DNA of 33,411 nucleotides from Chlamydiia bacterium (GTDB lineage Bacteria; Chlamydiota; Chlamydiia; Chlamydiales; 2-12-FULL-49-11): NCBI GenBank assembly GCA_044359535.1, contig JBIKLZ010000007.1, positions 1 to 33,411 of the forward strand, read 5' to 3'. Shown piece by piece: positions 26,735 to 33,411 of this stretch (position 1 is its first letter; each line of letters starts with the position of its first letter). The notes under the pieces were generated by a model. It saw only the letters and a program-made list of their open reading frames with translations, ran no database searches and was not told where the DNA came from. The position numbers and the translations under genes were made by a program.

Positions 26735-27738
26735 TCATAACCCTGCTGCTGCACGTATTTCTGGATCTTTCAGTAATTCGGTGTCAGTTACATATTTAAA
26801 AGCTTGAGGCTTTTTTCTTACCGCAGCAAGAACAAAACTCCTATTGTTCCTTAATGTGGGATCTGCATGTATAAGAGCCATGCCATTTTGCGTTACCGCA
26901 GCAAGAACTACATTTCTTTTTGCCTTTAATGTGGGGTGTGCATGCTCAAGAGCGAGACCACATTGGTTTACCGCACGAAGAACTAAATTTTCATTTGCCT
27001 TTAATGTGGAATCTGCATAAATAAGAGCCATGCCATTTTTCCCTACCGCAGTATAAACCACTTCCCAATTTTGTTTTAATTTGTGAGCTGCATACTGAAG
27101 AGCGAGGCCATTTCTCCCTACCGCAGCACGAACACATATCCTATTTGCCTTTAATGTGGGATCTGCATGTATAAGAGCCATGCCATTTTGCGTTACCGCA
27201 GCAATAACCACATGAAAATCTTTTTTTAATTTGTCAGCTGCATACATAAGAGCCATTCCATTGTTCCTTACCGCAGCACGAACCACTTTCCAATCTTGTT
27301 TTACTTTTTGAGGTGCATGCTCAAGAGCCATACCATTTCGCTCTACCTCAGCAAGAAACCAACTCGTAGTTAAATCAGGTGCACTATTAATTGAATTATT
27401 CGGTATGTTAGAACAAACCGCATCTATACCTGTCTGAATTATTTCACCTGCATTTTCTTCCTGTAGAAGTGCTGGTTTTTGACATAGAATTTTTTGCTCT
27501 ATGAGCATTGCAATCCCTACTATGCCTAAACTAGCGGCGCAACTTCCGACTAGTGCTGAAACAACAATCATTGAAAAACCTAAAAAAGAACTATTGATGC
27601 TATAGCTGCTAGAACTGCTAGCACGACTAATGTAATTCCAATTCCTACTAGGATATTTCTCTTCTTATCTCGATTTGATGGTGGTTGTATTCCTGCTGCT
27701 TCTCGTGAGCTATGTACTGGGTAAGAACCAACTGCCAT
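26735..27738 (-). pseudogene. Inc-like paralog 3 with DUF4116-like ~25-aa repeats, frameshifted in a T6 tract (27582-27587)
   Basis: ATG 27738 gives MAVGSYPVHSSREAAGIQPPSNRDKKRNILVGIGITLVVLAVLAAIASIVLF* (TAG 27580-27582). One extra T fuses it to LGFS-MIVVSALVGSC... of ORF 26735-27571, whose C-terminus has AV.QNG.AL..A...LK....V repeats. Confidence 0.8.
26790..27355 (-). repeat. About 7-8 tandem 75-bp coding repeats (DUF4116-like)
   Basis: ttaccgcagc / aagagcca motifs recur every 75 bp; a block of over 50 bp at 26851 is repeated at 27151, 300 bp away. Confidence 0.85.
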
Positions 27739-27834
27739 ACTTTTTTCCTTTTTTATTTTTATATTATCTTCTTATTAAGATACTATTATCTTATATATTT
27801 CTCTGTTTTATTTCAATTTTTGAAATAAATATTA
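27739..27834 (-). promoter_or_regulatory. Conserved promoter/leader module, copy 3
   Basis: Minus strand TTGAAA (27816-27811), 17 bp, TAAGAT (27793-27788), TATCTT-aataag-AAGATA palindrome, ataaaaataaaaaaggaaaaaagtATG. Confidence 0.75.
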
Positions 27835-28225
27835 TGTAAGCGTTTTTTAGAAATATCCCCTTTTCGTTAAATAGAAACGTCCCCTTTTGAGACTACTGAG
27901 GTAAGCAATTATGGGAGGCGCTAACCACGGAAAGGTGCATTTGTATGATTATGAATGAGTTAAGGCAACTAGAAATAGTTATATAAGTCATAAAAAAGAG
28001 ATTATCACAAACAGAAGCTAGCATAAAGCTGCTAAAACGATGAGTTAAACAATTTAGAGCCCATAAAGAGGATACGGCTTACATTGAAGAAAAAAGGAGC
28101 TATAGGAAATGATAGACTACCTCCAGTTGTTTGGGGTAAAAGAGAGGTTGAGATGCACAACTCAGAAATACGACTATGAACTTTCGGGATTAGACACTAG
28201 GTGACATTTCTATTTAACGCTTACA
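27835..28225 (+). mobile_element. 391-bp non-autonomous (MITE-like) IS1202/ISNCY derivative with both terminal inverted repeats (copy B)
   Basis: Left end TGTAAGCGTTTTTTAGAAATATCCCC; right end GGTGACATTTCTATTTAACGCTTACA (reverse complement TGTAAGCGTTAAATAGAAATGTCACC); decayed transposase 5' end with ACG in place of ATG and internal stops. Confidence 0.85.
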
Positions 28226-28249
28226 TTATAAAATAATTATAAAATTATT

Positions 28250-28723
28250 TTAATTTAAAAAGCTTGATACTACTTGACTTACTGTCATCGCAATAAAAAG
28301 ACATAAAGCTAACGATGAAAACCAACTTTTAGTTAAAGATCTTGAATCTTTAATACCCCAAGAAAGTAAGAGTAAAAAGACCGCCATAAAGAAAAAAAAG
28401 AACGCTCCCCATATATACATGGGTATAGAAAAAATTTTAGGAGCATAGGAGACCCCATTATTTATTAACATTAAAGACCATTGATAAAGAGAAACAACCG
28501 ATCCTAAAAGAGAGGATAAGACAGCCACAGAGATATTTCTATACCTTATGGGCCCTGTGATATTAAAGGTTAAACACACCCCAATCCCAAAAATAAAAAA
28601 TCTTTGAAGAATACACAAAGCACAGGGTTGGTGAAAGTAGACAAACTCTTCATAGTAGGAGACAGATAAAACAAATACAAGAAGATAAAGTAAAAGACTA
28701 TGTAAAAAATTAAAAAATTTCAC
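28250..28723 (-). CDS. Disulfide bond formation protein B family
   Basis: PCALCILQR motif, multiple TMs, GTG start. Confidence 0.85.
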   Translation of the reverse strand: MKFFNFLHSLLLYLLVFVLSVSYYEEFVYFHQPCALCILQRFFIFGIGVCLTFNITGPIRYRNISVAVLSSLLGSVVSLYQWSLMLINNGVSYAPKIFSIPMYIWGAFFFFFMAVFLLLLSWGIKDSRSLTKSWFSSLALCLFIAMTVSQVVSSFLN

Positions 28724-28873
28724 CTATCCCCCTAATGGGAGTGTCATATAGAGAGCAAAAGCACTTATTGAAACAACAACCAGAGCACAAGCTGTGATTA
28801 CAAGTGCAATCTGGTGCAATCGAAAAAGACCCAAAATAAGGGCAGAAAAAAGTACAAGAAAAGCAAATCCCAT
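28724..28873 (-). CDS. Small two-TM membrane protein (DUF5993-like) abutting the DsbB-like gene
   Basis: Not in the ORF track. MGFAFLVLFSALILGLFRLHQIALVITACALVVVSISAFALYMTLPLGG*; its TAG directly precedes the dsbB GTG. Alternative GTG start at 28894. Confidence 0.6.
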   Translation of the reverse strand: MGFAFLVLFSALILGLFRLHQIALVITACALVVVSISAFALYMTLPLGG

Positions 28874-28904
28874 ATCTTTAATAAGCAAATTCACCCTTTT
28901 TTAT

Positions 28905-30188
28905 TCAATCAAAAAAATGGTTAATCACTTTTTTATAGGCTTTTCCACCCTCTTTTATCTCAAATTCAAACGTTTCTTTGTCTAATTCATAAAGGCCAAA
29001 TTGCATAGAATATCCATAGGCCCATTCAAAATTATCAAAAAGGGTCCAATAAAAGTAGCCTCTAATATCAACCCCCTCTTCCATTGCCCTTTTCATGGCA
29101 TCTGTATAGCTTTGAATGTAATAGGCTCTTCTATCATCTTTACTATCAGCAATCCCATTTTCTGTCACATAGATCGGCTTTTGAAATTCTTTGCATCGAA
29201 GTAAGCAGTTATAAAACCCTTCCGGATCAATATGATAAGGCATATCTGTCATCACTTGCCCCTCTTTACAGGTCGAAATGAACCAATCTCCCTTAAATGG
29301 GGTGCATTTTAATATAGGGGTTGCATAGTAGTTAATTCCCACAAAATCAAAGGCGTTTGTTGCTGATAGATCCTTATAATGTAAAGCTCCTGCAAAAGGG
29401 ATATCTAAATCTAAGGTCCCTTCTTGAAAAAAATGAATGACTCCATCGTTCCAGTTTTTTGTCATCATTTTTGCAACCATTTGCTCTAAAGGGTTCTGAC
29501 TATAAGGTTGAAATGGTAGGTAGCTATGAACAAATCCAATCTGTGCTGAGGGGTGTATCTTTTTGCACGCTGTATAGACATTTACATGAGCTATGAGCAA
29601 ATGTTTCAACACTTTAAACGCTGTTGGAATATGTTTTTTATGGGGAGGAAAATCCCCTAACCAATAGGGCATAAAAGAGCGTACTGTCGGTTCATTAATT
29701 ACAGCCCAAAAAGTTACAAGATCACAATATTCTGAAAAGACTTTCGTTGCATAGGTTTCAAAAATGGCAATATTCTCTTCTTTTTCAAAACTTCCTTTTT
29801 CTGTAAACCATTTAGGCTCTGTAAAATGGTCCATTGTTATCATTGGGGTAATCCCATTTTTAATCAAAGCTTTTATCTCTTCTCTATAATGGTCAATGAC
29901 ACTTTGATCAAAGACCCCTTCCTTTGGCTCAATCATACTCCACTCTAAAGAAAATCGAAAGGCATTGCATCCTAGATCGTGTATTGCATCAATATGGGTC
30001 TGATAATTGTTATAATGATCATTAGAGCTTTCGGAGCTTATCCCTGATTCCTTTTCCCATTGAGTCCAATTGGAATTATTTACTGTTTTAGATCCAGAAC
30101 TTTGGTATTCAGAAATTGAAACCCCCCAAAAAAAGTCATTTCCAATAAGTGCTGTTAAATAAAAGATTGAAAAGACTATTTTTCGCAT
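28905..30188 (-). CDS. Glycoside hydrolase family 1 (beta-glucosidase-like) with possible signal peptide
   Basis: FFWG...EYQ, FRFSLEWS, INEP acid/base, VGINYY, VTENG nucleophile, WTLFDNFEW, FGLY. Confidence 0.93.
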   Translation of the reverse strand: MRKIVFSIFYLTALIGNDFFWGVSISEYQSSGSKTVNNSNWTQWEKESGISSESSNDHYNNYQTHIDAIHDLGCNAFRFSLEWSMIEPKEGVFDQSVIDHYREEIKALIKNGITPMITMDHFTEPKWFTEKGSFEKEENIAIFETYATKVFSEYCDLVTFWAVINEPTVRSFMPYWLGDFPPHKKHIPTAFKVLKHLLIAHVNVYTACKKIHPSAQIGFVHSYLPFQPYSQNPLEQMVAKMMTKNWNDGVIHFFQEGTLDLDIPFAGALHYKDLSATNAFDFVGINYYATPILKCTPFKGDWFISTCKEGQVMTDMPYHIDPEGFYNCLLRCKEFQKPIYVTENGIADSKDDRRAYYIQSYTDAMKRAMEEGVDIRGYFYWTLFDNFEWAYGYSMQFGLYELDKETFEFEIKEGGKAYKKVINHFFD

Positions 30189-30484
30189 TTGTCCCTTTGA
30201 ATTAAATACTGCATGATAATTTTAGATTCAAATAAAGGTTCACCATCTATAAATAAACAAGGCACTGTGGCTCTGTTTGTTTTACTTAGTAAATACTGCT
30301 TATTTTCAAAAATGGATGTGTCTTTGATTTCTACCTCTACAGAAAGACCTTTCAGTGTTTCAACTACTTTTTTACAATAGGGGCACTTTTCTTGAACATA
30401 TAAAACAAGTTTTGGATGATCTGCTTTTTCCCCATACAATGAAGAAGTTGCTAAAAGTAATGATAAAAAATATTCTTTAAACAT
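30176..30484 (-). CDS. Glutaredoxin-like protein with N-terminal signal peptide
   Basis: CPYC active site, TVPCLFIDG..LFES..I..YL. Confidence 0.85.
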   Translation of the reverse strand: MFKEYFLSLLLATSSLYGEKADHPKLVLYVQEKCPYCKKVVETLKGLSVEVEIKDTSIFENKQYLLSKTNRATVPCLFIDGEPLFESKIIMQYLIQRDKCEK

Positions 30485-30584
30485 CTGTACAGTATCCTGT
30501 TATAGAGTATATATTCTCTCAGATCTTTAATAAATATACAAGAAAAAATTTGCTTTTTTTTAACACAGTGTGATGGATTAAAAA

Positions 30585-30667
30585 TGGGGGAGGTGAGATT
30601 TGAACTCACGTACTCTGACGAGGAGAGATTTACAGTCTCTTGCAATTGGCCACTATGCGACTCCCCC
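30585..30667 (-). tRNA. tRNA-Tyr(GTA)
   Basis: GGGGGAGTCGCATAGTGGCCAATTGCAAGAGACT-GTA-AATCTCTC, long variable arm, GTTCAAATC T-loop. Confidence 0.93.
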
Positions 30668-30687
30668 ATTGCTTTCAAAAGAAAATT

Positions 30688-30760
30688 TGCTAGCGAAGAG
30701 ACTCGAACTCCCGACCGCCTGATTACAAATCAGATGCTCTACCAACTGAGCTACACCAGC
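30688..30760 (-). tRNA. tRNA-Thr(TGT)
   Basis: GCTGGTGTAGCTCAGTTGGTAGAGCATCTGATT-TGT-AATCAGGCGGTCGGGAGTTCGAGTCTCTTCGCTAGCA. Confidence 0.95.
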
Positions 30761-30776
30761 AAAAACGAAAGAGATG

Positions 30777-30805
30777 ATTCTAGCAATAATGTGAAAATTG
30801 AGCAA
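30777..30805 (-). promoter_or_regulatory. Promoter for tRNA-Thr/Tyr
   Basis: TTGCTC-17 bp-TAGAAT on the minus strand. Confidence 0.6.
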
Positions 30806-30814
30806 TCGTTTTTT

Positions 30815-31057
30815 TTATTTATCTTTTTTTTCTACAGTTTGAGTGGAAATTTTAGAGATCCGATCCCTTAATGAGAAGTCACTTTCTTGACCTGTTCTTC
30901 TGCCCCCGGTAATTCGATCTAATAAAGAGGAGGCCGTTGTCGAAGAAATCACAGAAGCCTCTCTTTGAGACATTTTTTTCTGTACCCCACAACACTTTTT
31001 AAATTTCTTTCCTGAGCCACAACTACATAGCTCATTTCTCCCCATTTTTTTTCCCAT
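30815..31057 (-). CDS. SEC-C motif small protein
   Basis: KMGRNELCSCGSGKKFKKCCG. Confidence 0.85.
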   Translation of the reverse strand: MGKKMGRNELCSCGSGKKFKKCCGVQKKMSQREASVISSTTASSLLDRITGGRRTGQESDFSLRDRISKISTQTVEKKDK

Positions 31058-31138
31058 AGCCTACCCTTTTTTCTCCTTACTTAGATCAAAACTCTACAAT
31101 GCTTGCAAGGATTATTCTTTATTGGGTATAGTATACCT

Positions 31139-31885
31139 ATGGACCTGACTAAAAGTACAGAAAAACAAACCTTTACACGATTGGAAAAAAGACTTGAAAG
31201 TCTTATAAGAAAAGCTATTTATACACACAAAATATGCCTTCATTCCCCTATTGCTGTGGCCCTTTCAGGGGGTAAAGATTCCTTAACTATGCTTTACTTC
31301 TTGAAAAAGATTTCCGGAAAAGGGATCCCCCCACTTAATATTCACGCTCTTTATGTTGGCGGTCAATTTTCTTGCGGCCCTTCTATCACCAAAATTCATT
31401 TGGAAAGCTTTTGCAATCAATTAGATATCCCCCTTCATGTCCTTTTGCCCGAAAAAGAGCTTTCAAAGCTTGAGTGTTATTCCTGTTCAAGACAAAGACG
31501 GACCTTGCTTTTTAAAAAAGCAAAAGAACTAGGGTGTACAGAAATTGCTTTTGGCCACCATAAAGATGACACCTTAGAGACTCTTTTATTAAACCTCCTT
31601 CAAAAAGGGGAATTTGCTTCCTCTCTTCCTAAAATTCCTATGCATGATTACAAAGTGACAATTGTTCGCCCCCTTTATTACGTGCTTGAATCTGAAATTT
31701 TATCCTTTGCTCAACAAAAAGGCTTTTTCAGACTTACTTGTCAATGTCCTGTGGGGGCAATTTCTAAACGAAGGGATGTAAAAACCCTTCTTAACGAAGT
31801 TGAACAAGACTTTCCTAATGCTAAAACCAACCTATTTCATGCCTTACAACAGTACGGAAGTGATAAATCACTAAAAATCTGTTAA
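31139..31885 (+). CDS. ttcA: tRNA 2-thiocytidine biosynthesis protein TtcA family
   Basis: PP-loop SGGKDS, CYSCSRQRR, GHHKDD..ETLLLN, VRPL, TCQCP. ATG 31139 preferred. Confidence 0.88.
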   Translation: MDLTKSTEKQTFTRLEKRLESLIRKAIYTHKICLHSPIAVALSGGKDSLTMLYFLKKISGKGIPPLNIHALYVGGQFSCGPSITKIHLESFCNQLDIPLHVLLPEKELSKLECYSCSRQRRTLLFKKAKELGCTEIAFGHHKDDTLETLLLNLLQKGEFASSLPKIPMHDYKVTIVRPLYYVLESEILSFAQQKGFFRLTCQCPVGAISKRRDVKTLLNEVEQDFPNAKTNLFHALQQYGSDKSLKIC

Positions 31886-31926
31886 AATATGAGAAATTCA
31901 ACTATATAGAAAAAAAAGGGGTTTTT

Positions 31927-32730
31927 ATGAAAAAATATTCTATTGTGATTACTAATGACGACAGCTTTTCTGCCCCTGGAATTTTTGCCTTATACAATGC
32001 ATTAAAACCTATTGCCGATGTTATTGTTGTCGCTCCAGCTGAAAATCAATCTTGCAAAGGGGTGGGGATTTCTTTACCTGCATCGTTACTTATTGAAGCT
32101 GAACAAACCCATTGGGAAGATGCCCCTGAAGCAAAAGTATGGAAGGTTCATGGAACCCCTGCAGACTGCACAAAATTTGCTCTTCATTATCTATGTGCAA
32201 AAAAACCTGATTTCATCATTTCAGGAATTAATAATGGAAGTAACGCCGGCTGCAATGTTCTTTATAGCGGCACTGTGGGGGCAGTTGTTCAGGCAACCTT
32301 TGCCGGGGTTAAAGGGATTGCTTTTTCAAGTATGTGGGACGATTCAAGTGATAAATACAATAAAGCAGCCCTGTTTATCCCTTCTATTGTTGATCATTTT
32401 TATGAGCATCCCATCCCTTCTGGAACTTTAATGAATATCAATTTTCCTTCTCATGCAATCAATAAAATGAAGGGATTTTCTTTTGCAAAACAAGGAAAAA
32501 GCTTTTGGGATCTTCGGGTTGGAAGCGATACAAAGCTTAAAGGGACAAAACAATACCCCCTTATTGAAAAATGGGACCTACAGGTTGAAGATAAAGATAG
32601 CGACATCCAACTTTTATCCGAGGGCTATATCACGTGTGTTCCTATACATGTTCAAGATCTTACAGACCATGACCACCATGAAAAACATAAAGATCTATTT
32701 GCATCCCTTAATGCTAAACATTTTTCTTAA
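31927..32730 (+). CDS. surE: 5'/3'-nucleotidase SurE
   Basis: ITNDD, VVAPAENQS, GTPADC, SGINNGSNAG..VLYSGTVGA. Confidence 0.95.
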   Translation: MKKYSIVITNDDSFSAPGIFALYNALKPIADVIVVAPAENQSCKGVGISLPASLLIEAEQTHWEDAPEAKVWKVHGTPADCTKFALHYLCAKKPDFIISGINNGSNAGCNVLYSGTVGAVVQATFAGVKGIAFSSMWDDSSDKYNKAALFIPSIVDHFYEHPIPSGTLMNINFPSHAINKMKGFSFAKQGKSFWDLRVGSDTKLKGTKQYPLIEKWDLQVEDKDSDIQLLSEGYITCVPIHVQDLTDHDHHEKHKDLFASLNAKHFS

Positions 32731-33085
32731 GATACTGATCTAACTTGTGCAAGCTCTCCTTCTGTATTTCAAATAAAAGTTCTTTACCCCCTTCTATTTG
32801 ATAAATCCGTATATACTGATCCCTTAATGCATTACTAAAAAAACTCTCTGGCTTTAAGGCATCAATATCTTCATATCGATCCCCTTCAATCATTATTTGA
32901 ATAAGCTTTCCATACTTTTTTTTAATTGAGGATTTTCTTTCTTCTAAGTCTGCTATAGTTTCAATAAGCTCAAGCTCTTCAACTAAATTTCTAACAATAG
33001 AAACCCCTTCAACTCTCCATTCAGAGAGGTTTGATGGGTTGCAGGATGCTAAAACCAAAAGCGCTATGATAAAAAATATCGTCAT
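32714..33085 (-). CDS. Hypothetical lipoprotein
   Basis: Hydrophobic leader with lipobox LASC. Confidence 0.7.
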   Translation of the reverse strand: MTIFFIIALLVLASCNPSNLSEWRVEGVSIVRNLVEELELIETIADLEERKSSIKKKYGKLIQIMIEGDRYEDIDALKPESFFSNALRDQYIRIYQIEGGKELLFEIQKESLHKLDQYLKKNV

Positions 33086-33184
33086 TTATACAATTATACT
33101 TGCAATAATATTTAGATCAAGTGTACACTATCGAACAAATTTCACAACCAGTGATAGATAGACTCAATCAAAGGTTGTGACTTT

Positions 33185-33256
33185 GGGCGTATAGCTCAGT
33201 GGTAGAGCTCCTGTCTTACACACAGGCGGTCAGAGGTTCGAATCCTCTTGCGCCCA
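33185..33256 (+). tRNA. tRNA-Val(TAC)
   Basis: GGGCGTATAGCTCAGTGGTAGAGCTCCTGTCT-TAC-ACACAGGCGGTCAGAGGTTCGAATCCTCTTGCGCCCA. Confidence 0.95.
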
Positions 33257-33266
33257 CACTTCTTTT

Positions 33267-33340
33267 GCGGGAGTAGTTCAATTGGTTAGAGCACCAGCCT
33301 GTCACGCTGGAAGTTGAGGGTTCGAGCCCCTTCTCTCGCG
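33267..33340 (+). tRNA. tRNA-Asp(GTC)
   Basis: GCGGGAGTAGTTCAATTGGTTAGAGCACCAGCCT-GTC-ACGCTGGAAGTTGAGGGTTCGAGCCCCTTCTCTCGCG. Confidence 0.95.
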
Positions 33341-33411
33341 AAATTTTTATACTTATTAAGAATCTTTATTGTGAGCTATTTGATACCTTAGGGACTCATT
33401 TGCAATGGCTG

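Noticed and set aside
26790-27355. Regularly spaced repeats resembling a CRISPR array
   Set aside because: The 75-bp period is in frame, the units are degenerate protein repeats with no unique spacers, and no cas genes are nearby.
26314-28225. Active composite transposon carrying the Inc/DUF4116 gene
   Set aside because: No intact transposase, and the outer flanks (ttatta / ttataa) give no convincing duplication; only recombination or trans-mobilisation remains possible.
30451-30871. ORFs 30584-30871(+) and 30451-30678(-)
   Set aside because: They overlap tRNA-Tyr/tRNA-Thr; spurious.
1353-32743. Other short ORFs nested in or antisense to housekeeping genes (e.g. 1376-1804, 3986-4297, 13939-14235, 32012-32431)
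   Set aside because: Fully overlapped by well-supported genes, with no motifs or RBS.

Overview
AT-rich bacterial chromosome segment, most likely from an environmental chlamydia (Chlamydiota). This is inferred from the Inc-like bilobed membrane proteins, the chlamydia-type tgt/yhhQ pair, the free-standing tRNA-Ala/Ile pair and sigma66-like promoters. The backbone is housekeeping: miaB (partial), rplM-rpsI, ligA, glgB, yhhQ-tgt, dus, NDH-2, rlmD, ttcA, surE, transporters and six tRNAs. Two accessory patches (about 7.6-9.7 kb and 25.0-28.25 kb) hold the interesting biology. Three Inc-like genes share a near-identical promoter/leader (upstream TAATAATYATTTT-like motif, TTGAAA-17 bp-TAnnAT, a TATCTT-N6-AAGATA palindrome, A-rich RBS) and a homologous membrane anchor, but carry different C-terminal payloads. 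One payload is a Pro/Ala/Thr/Glu stalk ending in polyproline plus a WH2-like LRRV motif, a candidate actin effector. Another is a DUF4116-like repeat array cut off from its anchor by a homopolymer frameshift. A kinase-fold gene split by a single TAA has a related promoter. Two internally deleted IS1202/ISNCY-like elements are both inserted flush against that upstream promoter motif. All calls are by eye; no database searches were run.
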